Positions 9,330-19,041 of a stretch of 64,000 nucleotides of DNA are shown piece after piece. Position 1 is the first letter of the stretch, and each line of letters opens with the position of its first letter. Both the position numbers and the translations under genes were made by a program. Origin of the DNA: an uncultured Gammaproteobacteria bacterium (GTDB lineage: Bacteria > Patescibacteriota > Microgenomatia > Levybacterales > UBA12049); the NCBI GenBank assembly GCA_964608945.1, contig CAZSQB010000001.1:3211-67210 (forward strand). The letters run 5' to 3'. Below the pieces are notes generated by a model that was given only the letters and a program-made list of their open reading frames with translations, did not search any database and had not been told where the DNA came from.

Positions 9330-10997
9330 ATGAAAAATTGGAACCCCAAAAGAACATTGCTTTTTTGCATCCTTATACTTGCATCGTTTCTGCGATTGTA
9401 TCAACTATCATCTGTTCCCCCAAGCCCGTCGCTTGATGAAGTTTCAATAGGCTATAATGCCTATTCTATTCTTCAGACCGGAAAGGATGAGTACGGGAAT
9501 AGTATTCCTGTACTCCTTCGAGCGTATGATGACTGGCGGCCAGGGCTCTACGTGTATTTTGTCATTCCTTTTTTGCCTATTTTTGGCCTGACAGCGCTTG
9601 CTGTCCGATTGCCATCAGTATTATTATCGATTTCTACTGTCTATCTTTCATATCTATTGGTCAGAGAATTTTTGGGAAACAAAAAATCGTCAGTTTTTAA
9701 TAAGGAGCTAGATACAAATTATCTTGCGCTGCTTACTTCTTTTTTGCTCGCGATTTCACCGTGGCATATTTATTTGTCAAGACTAGGTCATGAGGTAAAT
9801 CTTGGGCTAACTGCTTTCTTACTTGGTATATACTTTTTTGTAACAGCAGTGCAACATCCGAAGAGAAAAGGGTTGTACATTGTGTCGTCAATCTTCCTCG
9901 TTCTTTCTCTGTATGGTTATCAAAGTCAAAAATTCATTGTTCCTGTAGTGCTTTTCGGAGCAGTAGCATTGTTTTACAGGAACATAATGCAGCAGCTACG
10001 AGAGGTTACGCTCGCAGCGGTAATAGGAATTGTCCTCCTTATTCCGCTCATCATCGCATCATCAAATCCACAAGCGCTTATTCGATTTAACGCAACATCT
10101 GCATTTTCAAGTATTGACAGCAAATACCAGGAGAGCGCAGAAAACATACTTACGGCACGGGAGAAAGGAGATGTTATCGGTAAACTCCTCAATAATAGAA
10201 GATTCATTCTCCCGCAGGTATTTATAGCAAATTACGCTTCACATTTTAACCCACTCTGGTTATTTAGCGGCACAGAAAACGAGCAGCATAAAGTCCCAAA
10301 CCTCGGGCTCATATATATGTGGGAATCAATTTTTATTGTCGTCGGTATGCTTGTGTTTTTCTTCCTGAAAATAGACCGACGATACAAAATATTTGTTGTG
10401 CTTTGGTTTCTCTCCTCTCCCTTGGCCGCTGCAATCACAACTGGGGCGCCGCATGCAATGCGGTCGTATACATTTCTACCTCTCTGGCAGATGTTTTCGG
10501 CAATAGGTCTTATTTCCGCATATTTCTATTTTCAGAAATATCTTTCAGGAAAAATCCTTATCTTTCTCTTTTCGGTTGTATCACTTCTCAGTGTTATTTA
10601 TTTTGCTTACAATTATTATGTCGTTTTTCCAAAAACGCATTCTTCCTCTTTCCAATACGCTCTCTCAAAAGCTATTGCTTACACGATGAAACATGAAGGG
10701 AGATACCGCGAGGTTATTATTTCAAATAGAGAAAATCTCCATCAATCGTATATGTTTTTTCTGTTTAATTCTAAATACGACCCAAAACTCTATCTCTCTG
10801 AAGGCGGGACAAAGTCAGGTGGTTTTGCAGAAGAGCATAGTATTGGAGACTATCAATTTAAACCAGTTGAATATAGTATTATTCCAGATGGAGCGCTCGT
10901 GATTGGAAATAAATATGAAATTCCGAGCACTGCTAGCATTTTGCAAACACTTTCAAATCTTGATGGGATAGATGTGATATCAATCTCTGAAAAATGA
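9330..10997 (+). CDS. PMT_2/ArnT-like GT-C glycosyltransferase. Tandem paralog 4 of 4.
   Basis: SLDEVSIGYNAYSILQTGKDEYGNSIPV, ISPWHIYLSRLGHEVNL. Confidence 0.8.
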   Translation: MKNWNPKRTLLFCILILASFLRLYQLSSVPPSPSLDEVSIGYNAYSILQTGKDEYGNSIPVLLRAYDDWRPGLYVYFVIPFLPIFGLTALAVRLPSVLLSISTVYLSYLLVREFLGNKKSSVFNKELDTNYLALLTSFLLAISPWHIYLSRLGHEVNLGLTAFLLGIYFFVTAVQHPKRKGLYIVSSIFLVLSLYGYQSQKFIVPVVLFGAVALFYRNIMQQLREVTLAAVIGIVLLIPLIIASSNPQALIRFNATSAFSSIDSKYQESAENILTAREKGDVIGKLLNNRRFILPQVFIANYASHFNPLWLFSGTENEQHKVPNLGLIYMWESIFIVVGMLVFFFLKIDRRYKIFVVLWFLSSPLAAAITTGAPHAMRSYTFLPLWQMFSAIGLISAYFYFQKYLSGKILIFLFSVVSLLSVIYFAYNYYVVFPKTHSSSFQYALSKAIAYTMKHEGRYREVIISNRENLHQSYMFFLFNSKYDPKLYLSEGGTKSGGFAEEHSIGDYQFKPVEYSIIPDGALVIGNKYEIPSTASILQTLSNLDGIDVISISEK

Positions 10998-12493
10998 ATA
11001 AGATAACTATTTTCCTTTTCGTCGCCCTATTTATTCTCGGCTTTTTATTACGAGCACAAGAGACAATTTCCAGAAATTTTATTTTTCTGATTGACCAAGG
11101 TCGCGATATGATGGCGGTTAAGAACATAGTCTTTGACCATCATCTAACACTCATTGGGCCATACACAAGTTTACAGGGGGTATTCCAGGGTCCCTTGTGG
11201 TATTACTTACTCGCTATTCCGGCATTTCTTGCGGATGGAGATCCCTGGGGTAGTGTCGTGCTTATGCTACTGATCAGCCTTGCAATACTCGTGCTTGTTT
11301 TCTTCTGGCTCAAAACAGATTTCGGAAAGGCAACAGCGCTTTTAACTGCATTTTTATTCGCCGTTTCTCCGGAAGCTGTAGCTGCAGCGACATACAGCTG
11401 GAACCCGCATCCGATGTGGCTTTTAATTCCGATCTCAGCACTATCTTTCTATGAGGTTACAAAGAAGAGGTTTAGATTTCATCTTGTTCTTTGGCCCTCT
11501 CTTAGCCTGATGTTCCATTTTGAGACAGCACTTGCGGTATTCTTGTCTATTGCCAGCCTTATTGTTTCGGTAGTATTTTACAGAGCAAATTTGAAAAATA
11601 AATTCTTTTTGTATGGACTGCTTATCGCAGGTATATTTTTTCTTCCGCAGGTACTGTTTGATCTGCGACATGACTTTCTCATGAGCCGCTCGGTGTTAAA
11701 CATTTTTGCGGGAGAGGACCAAGGATTAATAGTAAAAGGTGAGAGCCTGCAGTATATACACGTAATGCAAAACCATGTCGTAGTATTCTTTGAAAACTTC
11801 CGCTCTTCATTTAGCGATGGGAGAAAAATTGTTTTATTTGCAAAGCTATTATCACTCGTTATTGTATTTTTTCTTTTTTTTGGTAAGAAATATAAATTTT
11901 TTTCAAAGGATGAAGACATCTTTGGCATATTGCTGGCAAGAATACTTATCGTTGTCTACTTGTTATCATTTCTTTATCCTTTTCCAATTCGATATTGGTT
12001 TCTCACTGGTTTTCAATCCTATTATCTGCTTCTGTTTGGGTTAGTATTAGGTGCTCTTTGGAGATTTAAAAAGGGAAGAGTATTTGTTTTAGTAACAACA
12101 TTTCTTTTTCTATCTCTTGCCTTACAGAGATTGTACCCACTTTATATTGCTCCACCAAATGATGGAGGAGTGGCAAAAATAAAAGGAAAAATTGATGCAA
12201 TAGATTATATTTATAGTAAAGCTCAGGATAAAAACTTCGGGTTACTAGTTTTTACGCCTCCCGTGAGTACTGACGCATACGACTATCTGATCTGGTGGCA
12301 GGGGAAAAAGAAATATAACTACGTACCGCATAAAGATAAGAAGGGAGAGTTTTATTTGCTGATTGAGCCTGATCCGGGCCAACCCTGGACCTATCAAGGA
12401 TGGCTTGATACTGTAATAAAAACAGGTAAGATTAAAAATACGGTAACTCTGCCGAGCGGATTTATTATTCAACAACGGTACGAAGCTTTATGA
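10994..12493 (+). CDS. Polytopic membrane protein, putative GT-C-like. Paralog of 1549..3042.
   Basis: Shares the IDQGRD...LIGPYTSLQGVFQGPLWYY motif with 1549..3042. About 12 TM segments. Start overlaps the upstream stop. Confidence 0.6.
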   Translation: MNKITIFLFVALFILGFLLRAQETISRNFIFLIDQGRDMMAVKNIVFDHHLTLIGPYTSLQGVFQGPLWYYLLAIPAFLADGDPWGSVVLMLLISLAILVLVFFWLKTDFGKATALLTAFLFAVSPEAVAAATYSWNPHPMWLLIPISALSFYEVTKKRFRFHLVLWPSLSLMFHFETALAVFLSIASLIVSVVFYRANLKNKFFLYGLLIAGIFFLPQVLFDLRHDFLMSRSVLNIFAGEDQGLIVKGESLQYIHVMQNHVVVFFENFRSSFSDGRKIVLFAKLLSLVIVFFLFFGKKYKFFSKDEDIFGILLARILIVVYLLSFLYPFPIRYWFLTGFQSYYLLLFGLVLGALWRFKKGRVFVLVTTFLFLSLALQRLYPLYIAPPNDGGVAKIKGKIDAIDYIYSKAQDKNFGLLVFTPPVSTDAYDYLIWWQGKKKYNYVPHKDKKGEFYLLIEPDPGQPWTYQGWLDTVIKTGKIKNTVTLPSGFIIQQRYEAL

Positions 12494-14142
12494 AAATTAC
12501 TAATAGGCTTTTGCTATCAGTGCTTTTTGTTCTCTCTTTACTTCCCCTTTATGACTTGACTCATCCAGGCCTGCCTGTTACACATGATGGACAGGATCAT
12601 GTCATTCGAATTGCAAATTTTTATCAGAATTTAACCGAGGGGAACATTATTCCCCGCTGGAGTAGTAACGTGAACTATAGATTTGGTCATCCGGTACTGA
12701 TGTTTTTCTATCCGCTACCGTATTACGTTGCTTCACTGTTTCATTTTTTTGGGCTTTCTTTGATTGACAGCACGAAAATCGTATTTGCTCTAGCCTATGT
12801 CCTGAGTGGTTATGCGATGTATCTATTCATAAAATCGTTGTTAAACAAGGAAGCAGGATTTGTGGCAGCCATGCTTTACTTATTTGCTCCGTACAGATTT
12901 GTTGATTTTTATGTTCGAGGTGCAATCGGAGAGCATGTCGCTTTTCTCTTCCCACCGCTTGTACTTTATTTTCTTCTTAGATTGTATAAAAAGCAGACAT
13001 ATTGGAGTTTCTTGGGCGGAGTCCTATCGATTGCTGGGCTTATCCTCTCTCACAACGCCATGAGCCTCATGTTTTTGCCGCTCATTTTATTTTTTGGGTG
13101 CTTTTTGCTTTGGAAGGCAAAGTTTCAGAGAAAACTCCTTTTTCAGTTTTTGGCACTCCTTACGCTTGGTTTTGGTGTATCTGCATTTTTTTGGTTTCCT
13201 GCTATGTTTGAGGCAAAATATACGCTTCGAACAATTGTAACAGCTGGTGAGTATGCAAAGAGATTTATCGATCCTTTTGCTCTTTTTGCAGGACCATGGA
13301 GTTATGGTGGATCAGGCGAGCTGAGCGTACAAATCGGCTTAGTGCAAATTGCTCTCGCAGTCGCGGCAGCATTATTTCTCCTAAGCTCTCGTAAAAAGCA
13401 TCGAGAGCAATTTCTGTTTATGCTCGCATTATTGACATATTCGTTAGGAGCAATATTCCTCATGCTGCCAGCCTCAGATTTTATCTGGAGACACATCTCG
13501 ATTTTACAGAGTTTCCAGTTCCCCTGGCGATTTTTATCTGTTATCGTATTCACGACCGCTGTTCTTGGAGCACTCTTTTTTCATACACTCCCCAAAAAAA
13601 TTACCCCCCTTTTTTTAGTCGGTATCGTAATTATCCTTTTGCTAACCACGTATACCTTCTGGAAAGCAAAAGATTTTCTCATAGAGAGTGACTCTTTCTT
13701 TACTCGTGTACAGAGAACAACTACCAATGATACCGGCGAAAGCAGTCCGATCTGGTCGGTGCGATTCATGGAGACAAAGCCAAAAGCCGCAATCGAGGTG
13801 ATTGACGGGAAGGCAGAAGTAAGAAAGCTTGAAAGAAATATTACAAAACACTCATACGAAATTACCACAGATAGTAGGGCGAGAATTCGTGAGAATACGT
13901 TATATTTTCCTGGATGGCAGGTTCTTATTGATGGGACGCCCGTATCTATTGAATTTCAAGATCCGAGAAGCAGAGGGTTAATCACGTTTTTCGTTGAGAG
14001 AGGAAAACACACTGTCTCACTGGTCTTTTCAGAAACAAAACTGCGCCACTTTGCCGATATACTTTCACTTTTCAGTACACTTGTTTTAGTGTTGTTATAT
14101 TTCATCCCTAAGAAATGGATATATGTTCAAAAAACTCGATAG
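12490..14142 (+). CDS. Membrane protein with PTPS-related domain (pfam10131-like). Paralog 1.
   Basis: LTHPGLPVTHDGQDHVIRIANFYQNLTEGNIIPRWSSNVNYRFGHPVLMFFYPLPYY, followed by many TM segments and a C-terminal YFPGWQVLIDGTPVSIE beta-rich domain. Paralogous to 19017..20657. Confidence 0.65.
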   Translation: MKITNRLLLSVLFVLSLLPLYDLTHPGLPVTHDGQDHVIRIANFYQNLTEGNIIPRWSSNVNYRFGHPVLMFFYPLPYYVASLFHFFGLSLIDSTKIVFALAYVLSGYAMYLFIKSLLNKEAGFVAAMLYLFAPYRFVDFYVRGAIGEHVAFLFPPLVLYFLLRLYKKQTYWSFLGGVLSIAGLILSHNAMSLMFLPLILFFGCFLLWKAKFQRKLLFQFLALLTLGFGVSAFFWFPAMFEAKYTLRTIVTAGEYAKRFIDPFALFAGPWSYGGSGELSVQIGLVQIALAVAAALFLLSSRKKHREQFLFMLALLTYSLGAIFLMLPASDFIWRHISILQSFQFPWRFLSVIVFTTAVLGALFFHTLPKKITPLFLVGIVIILLLTTYTFWKAKDFLIESDSFFTRVQRTTTNDTGESSPIWSVRFMETKPKAAIEVIDGKAEVRKLERNITKHSYEITTDSRARIRENTLYFPGWQVLIDGTPVSIEFQDPRSRGLITFFVERGKHTVSLVFSETKLRHFADILSLFSTLVLVLLYFIPKKWIYVQKTR

Positions 14143-15544
14143 GTATTCTCTCTGTTTTGTACTTGTCCTCATTTTGTTTTCCTTCCTGCTTTTTTTTAGA
14201 CTGTCGGACACCTATCTGACAAATTGGGATGAAGCGTGGTATGGGGATATTATCCGAAATATGGCAAAGAATGGGGATCTTTTGACGCCTATTTGGAATA
14301 AAGAACCCTTTTTTGATAAACCGCCACTGTATTTTTGGTTTTCAGCCCTTTCATACAAACTATTTTCGTCTCATGAGTTTGCAATACGGTTTTTTTCGGC
14401 GCTTTCCGCTGCGGGTACTGCGGTTGTGTTATTTTTCCTCGCAACATTACTTTTTAATAAGAAAGTCGCATTGATTTCCGTAGCGGTTCTCATTTCAACG
14501 GTCGGATTTCTGTATCGGGCGAGAACGGGAAATTTGGATGTATTTCTCGCTTTCTGGCTTCTTTTTGCAATTTTTTCTTTTTACAAAGGTTATAAAGAAA
14601 ATAGGCCACGATGGTATTTGATGATGGGTTTTACTACCGCAATGGCTTTTTTAACAAAAGGGGCAATTGCCTATGTTTTTCCTGTCTTTGCGGCTTTGTT
14701 TTTATTGGTGCGAAAGGATCTCAAACAAAATTTTTTTTGGGTAAGCCTTTTATTAAGCATTTCCACTGTTGGGGTGTGGTATGTTGTTAGTTATCTTGTC
14801 AATGGTCCGGAATTTCTACGGACATTTTCAACACACCAATTTATAAAAATATCAAATTCTTATGTGTTCTGGGAAAATTTTTCACTCGATTTTGTTTCCT
14901 ATCTGAAGAGTGGATTAAAAGTATGGTTTCTCTTTTTTGTTCCTGCCTTTCTTTACAGCGTGTACAGATTGAGAAAGACCCCTGTTGTACTACTTTTAGT
15001 CTATCTTTTATTTTTTCTTATTCTTTTGAGTTTCTCGGAGAACAAAAGCAATTGGTTCTTGGTGCCGTTCTACCCCATTATTGCACTTATTGTCGGATAT
15101 AGTATTTCTAACTGGATAACAAAAACTTTGCGAAATAAGTACTCCTTACTTGCCGTGATTGTCGTATTTCTACTGGCCGTTATACAACTCTACATGTATA
15201 AACCTGAGTACATTGTTCCCGATATTGCAGGGAACGAAGCAAGACTCGCCTTGTACGCAAATGAGCACACAAAAGACTCCGATATTCTTTATTTAACAAA
15301 CTATTACTATCCAACGACTATATATTACAGTCGGCGGAGGGTGTATGCGGTATATAGTGATTTTGAGAAGGGAAATGCTTCCTGGATAAAGCCGAAATCG
15401 GACTGGAAGAGAATTTTTCAGAAAGACGATGTGTATATTATTACGACAAAAAATGAATATGATGAACTGCTGCACGCATTTCCAAAGCAGAAATTTACTA
15501 TACTCTTTCAGTCTGGTGATAAATTGTTTGTAAAAAAGATATAA
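14123..15544 (+). CDS. ArnT/PMT-like GT-C glycosyltransferase (undecaprenyl-phosphate-sugar dependent).
   Basis: TNWDEAWYGDIIRNMAKNGDLLTP...FFDKPPLYFWFSA is the classic ArnT N-terminal signature. Multi-TM. Confidence 0.75.
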   Translation: MFKKLDRYSLCFVLVLILFSFLLFFRLSDTYLTNWDEAWYGDIIRNMAKNGDLLTPIWNKEPFFDKPPLYFWFSALSYKLFSSHEFAIRFFSALSAAGTAVVLFFLATLLFNKKVALISVAVLISTVGFLYRARTGNLDVFLAFWLLFAIFSFYKGYKENRPRWYLMMGFTTAMAFLTKGAIAYVFPVFAALFLLVRKDLKQNFFWVSLLLSISTVGVWYVVSYLVNGPEFLRTFSTHQFIKISNSYVFWENFSLDFVSYLKSGLKVWFLFFVPAFLYSVYRLRKTPVVLLLVYLLFFLILLSFSENKSNWFLVPFYPIIALIVGYSISNWITKTLRNKYSLLAVIVVFLLAVIQLYMYKPEYIVPDIAGNEARLALYANEHTKDSDILYLTNYYYPTTIYYSRRRVYAVYSDFEKGNASWIKPKSDWKRIFQKDDVYIITTKNEYDELLHAFPKQKFTILFQSGDKLFVKKI

Positions 15545-15613
15545 TAGTCATATGCCCATTCGACTCTCCGCCAACTGGCGGATCGCTCAGGGCAATAGTG
15601 AGTTTATCGAACT

Positions 15614-16372
15614 ATGAGTCTTTCGGTCGTGCTTGCAACATACAATGAGGAGAAAAACCTTCCTAAATGCCTATCCTCGGTAAAAGACATTGCGAATGAG
15701 ATTATTATTGTAGATGGCGGCTCACGTGATAAAACTTTGGAAATAGCAAAATCTTTCGGAGCTCAGGTTATTAGCACTGATAACCCACCGATTTTTCATA
15801 TCAACAAACAAAAAGCGATTGATAAGGCAACGAAAGATTGGGTGTTACAGCTTGATGCGGATGAAAAATTAACTCCACAGTTGCGAGCGGAGATTAAAGA
15901 AGTGATTCACAGTAAATCAGCAGCAGATGGCTACTGGATCCCCCGAAAAAACTGGTTTCTTGGTCGTTACCTTATGAAGGGTGGGCAGTATCCTGACTAC
16001 ACACTCAGGCTTTATAGAAGAGGAAAGGGTAGGTTGCCGCAAAAAAGCGTACATGAGCAGGCGGTTGTGGACGGGAGCGTTTCGTATTTACAGCATCCCT
16101 TATTACACAACGCAGACCCAAGCTTTAGGAGGTATTTGCTTCGTTTTGGAAGATATACCGACCTTATAGAGAAAGAGCTCAGGAAAAAAAAGGTAGGATA
16201 CAATCCGCTACATGCAGTAAATAATTTAGCGCTCTTGCCAACGTGGTGGTTTTTTCTGACCTACATTCGTCATAAGGGATTTATGGATTCCTGGCAGGGG
16301 TTTATCTTTTCTTTTTTTTCCTCTTTAAGATTTCCAGTTGCTTATATAAAATATATAAAGAGGAGGAAATAA
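15614..16372 (+). CDS. GT2 glycosyltransferase (WaaE/KdtX-like).
   Basis: LSVVLATYNEEKNLPKCL...IIVDGGSRDKTLEIA...QLDADEKL. Confidence 0.75.
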   Translation: MSLSVVLATYNEEKNLPKCLSSVKDIANEIIIVDGGSRDKTLEIAKSFGAQVISTDNPPIFHINKQKAIDKATKDWVLQLDADEKLTPQLRAEIKEVIHSKSAADGYWIPRKNWFLGRYLMKGGQYPDYTLRLYRRGKGRLPQKSVHEQAVVDGSVSYLQHPLLHNADPSFRRYLLRFGRYTDLIEKELRKKKVGYNPLHAVNNLALLPTWWFFLTYIRHKGFMDSWQGFIFSFFSSLRFPVAYIKYIKRRK

Positions 16373-16373
16373 T

Positions 16374-17387
16374 ATGCGAGTACTCGTTACTGGTGGGGCT
16401 GGATACATTGGTAGCTTCATGACAAAGAGACTGCTGAATGAAGGGTATGATGTCATTGTGCTCGACAGCCTTGAAAATGGTCATAGAGAAGTAATTGACG
16501 AAAAAGCGACCTTTGTACAAGGTAATACTCTTGATAAGAAATTTCTTATTGGAGTGTTTGAGAAATACTCATTTGATGCAGTATTTCACTTTGCTGCGTA
16601 TATATCCATGGGAGAGTCTATGGAGAAGCCAGGAATGTATATTGAGAACAATGTATTTGGAGCCATGCACATCCTTGATGCCATGGTCAAACACAATGTT
16701 AAGACATTTATTTTTTCCTCAACTGCCGGTGTGTACGGTAATCCGGAGGTGGTTCCGATTCCTGAAGATCACCCAAAGCACCCGACAAATCCGTATGGAG
16801 AAAGCAAGCTGTTTGTTGAAAAAATCCTTCATTGGTATCATGTCATTCACGGTATTAATTTTGCTTGTTTACGGTATTTTAATGCCGCGGGCGCAGCATT
16901 AGATGGTTCTTTAGGGGAAGATCATACTCCTGAGACGCATATTATATCCAATATCATAAACGCTGTCCTTAACAATGAAGAGTTCACGCTCTTTGGTACT
17001 GATTACAATACAGATGATGGCACATGTATTCGCGATTATATTCACGTTGTTGATTTGGTTGAGGCGCATATGTTATCCCTAAAAAAATTGCAGAATGAAA
17101 AAGGAGCCTTGTATTACAATGTTGGTACAGGTAAAGGCTACTCTAATAAAGAAGTTATAGAGATGATTAAGAAAGTTTCTTCCAGTGAAATAAAAATAAA
17201 ACATGCAGAAAGAAGACCGGGTGATGCACAGATCCTGGTTGCAAATCCAGACAGGATAAAAAAAGATATAGGTTTTATCCCGAAATACTCAGATCTTGAA
17301 ACGATAATTATAACTGCATGGGAATGGCACAGACGCAAGTCTCGTCCAAAGGACGATCAGCCTTTGGCTGAAAATAATTCAAAATGA
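16374..17387 (+). CDS. galE: UDP-glucose 4-epimerase.
   Basis: MRVLVTGGAGYIGS...SSTAGVYG...NPYGESKLFVEK...LRYFNAAGA...FGTDYNTDDGTCIRDYIHV. End-to-end GalE motif order. Strong SD AGGAGGA 7 nt upstream. Confidence 0.9.
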   Translation: MRVLVTGGAGYIGSFMTKRLLNEGYDVIVLDSLENGHREVIDEKATFVQGNTLDKKFLIGVFEKYSFDAVFHFAAYISMGESMEKPGMYIENNVFGAMHILDAMVKHNVKTFIFSSTAGVYGNPEVVPIPEDHPKHPTNPYGESKLFVEKILHWYHVIHGINFACLRYFNAAGAALDGSLGEDHTPETHIISNIINAVLNNEEFTLFGTDYNTDDGTCIRDYIHVVDLVEAHMLSLKKLQNEKGALYYNVGTGKGYSNKEVIEMIKKVSSSEIKIKHAERRPGDAQILVANPDRIKKDIGFIPKYSDLETIIITAWEWHRRKSRPKDDQPLAENNSK

Positions 17388-17911
17388 GAATACATCTCCT
17401 GATTCTCATCGCAACTCTCTTTTTTCTCTTTCTTCCTAAACATATATCATACGCCGAGTCGAGTTATGTTCTACCCTATCCTTCTGAAATGCCTGGTAGC
17501 AAGTTTTATCATGCATTTGCTCTGTGGGACAAAATTATGGAGTATTGGCACTTTGGAAGCTTAAGTCAATTCCGTTACAACCGGGAGCAATCTGATAAAT
17601 ATTTGGTTGAGGCAAAGACGCTTTTTGAATATAAGCAGTATCTTCTGGCGCTGCCAGCGCTTAAAAAATCGGATACATATTTTGAACAAGCAAAATTTTG
17701 GCTTGAAAAAGCAAAAAAAGAACAAAAAACTGATTCAAGAATAACATCACTGTTCCGAGAAGCAGCGTTAAAACATATTGAAGTATTGTTGTTGGTAAAG
17801 AAACAAAGTCCGGAAACATTTGTGTGGCAGCCGGAAAACAAACAGTCAACAGCCCTCTATTTAAAAAATGATATCGAAAAGGCAATCCTGGTTCGACAAT
17901 CATGTCTGTAA
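17384..17911 (+). CDS. Hypothetical secreted protein (N-terminal signal peptide, predicted helical).
   Basis: MRIHLLILIATLFFLFLPKHISYA then a hydrophilic Lys/Glu-rich sequence. Overlaps galE's stop by 4 nt. No recognisable family. Confidence 0.5.
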   Translation: MRIHLLILIATLFFLFLPKHISYAESSYVLPYPSEMPGSKFYHAFALWDKIMEYWHFGSLSQFRYNREQSDKYLVEAKTLFEYKQYLLALPALKKSDTYFEQAKFWLEKAKKEQKTDSRITSLFREAALKHIEVLLLVKKQSPETFVWQPENKQSTALYLKNDIEKAILVRQSCL

Positions 17912-19041
17912 AACAAATATTGTTTATTAGTTACGCGCTCTTTTTGTTATCCGTAACAGTATTTTCGTATACGTTTGTTGATAGCAACCTCTCCTACTTA
18001 AACTTCTTATATTCCGGTTTTGCAACGCAAAAAAGAGCAATAGTGACGATCTTGTTTATTTTCATTATTTCTCTTTCATTTGTTTATTATTTTCTTTTCC
18101 TTCGTCTTTTACAAAAAAAACAACTATCTCTCACTGAAGTAAAAATTCTTATCGGCATAGCCATTGGCTTGTTATTCTTTTCTTATCCTGCAATGCTTTC
18201 CTATGACATTTTCAACTATATCGCAACGGCAAAAGTCCTTTTTTTATATTGGGAGAACCCATATATTTTGATGCCAATCGATTTCCCTCATGAACCGCTC
18301 CTTGCTTTTATGCACGCCGCAAACAAAACAGCGTTGTATGGGCCAAGCTGGCTCGTGATCAGCGGAGTACCACATAGTATTGGGGTAGGAAATTTTCTAC
18401 TAACACTTTTCAGTTTTAAGCTATTCATAGTTCTATTCTTTCTTGCAACGGTTCGCCTTATTTGGAAAATATCAAATAACACTTTCTCTGTTTTGTTGTT
18501 TTCTCTCAATCCGCTTATCATTGTTGAAACAATCGTTAGTGGTCATAATGATATCGTCATGATATTTTTTGCTCTCATGGCATATTATTTATTGGTAAGA
18601 AAAAAAATATGGTTGGCAATACCATTTTTTTTACTCTCCGTGTTTATTAAGTATGCAACGTTATTTCTTGTGCCGGTTTTTGCTTACGCGTTATGGAAAA
18701 CATATAGAAAAGAAAAAGTGCATTGGAGTGGCATTTTTTACTACTCATGTCTTTCCCTCTTTGTAATTTTCTTTCTTTCACCAATCCGCGAGGAAATATA
18801 TCCTTGGTACGCGCTGTGGTTTTTGCCCTTTGCATTTTTGATTCCTGAAAGAAAACTGCTTCTTTTTATTTCTCTCATTTTTTCCTTTAGTCTGCTGTTT
18901 CGGTATATTCCCTTTATGCTTACGGGAAACTATTTTGGCATGACGCCTGTTTTGAAGATAGCACTTACTTTTTTTCCTCTTTGTATCGGCTTGGTGTTAC
19001 TTATGATTAATAAACTATGGCGAAAAACGTACTTCCGATAA
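17902..19041 (+). CDS. DUF2029/GT87-like polytopic membrane protein.
   Basis: YPAMLSYDIFNYIATAKVLFLYWENPY motif shared with 3042..4286. About 10 TM segments. Confidence 0.5.
   Translation: MSVKQILFISYALFLLSVTVFSYTFVDSNLSYLNFLYSGFATQKRAIVTILFIFIISLSFVYYFLFLRLLQKKQLSLTEVKILIGIAIGLLFFSYPAMLSYDIFNYIATAKVLFLYWENPYILMPIDFPHEPLLAFMHAANKTALYGPSWLVISGVPHSIGVGNFLLTLFSFKLFIVLFFLATVRLIWKISNNTFSVLLFSLNPLIIVETIVSGHNDIVMIFFALMAYYLLVRKKIWLAIPFFLLSVFIKYATLFLVPVFAYALWKTYRKEKVHWSGIFYYSCLSLFVIFFLSPIREEIYPWYALWFLPFAFLIPERKLLLFISLIFSFSLLFRYIPFMLTGNYFGMTPVLKIALTFFPLCIGLVLLMINKLWRKTYFR

Noticed and set aside
15565-15590. Short GC-rich hairpin (CCGCC-AACT-GGCGG) in the 69-nt gap before the GT2 gene at 15614.
   Set aside because: Stem of only 5 bp with no downstream T-tract, and the next gene starts 25 nt later. 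Insufficient to call a terminator or attenuator.
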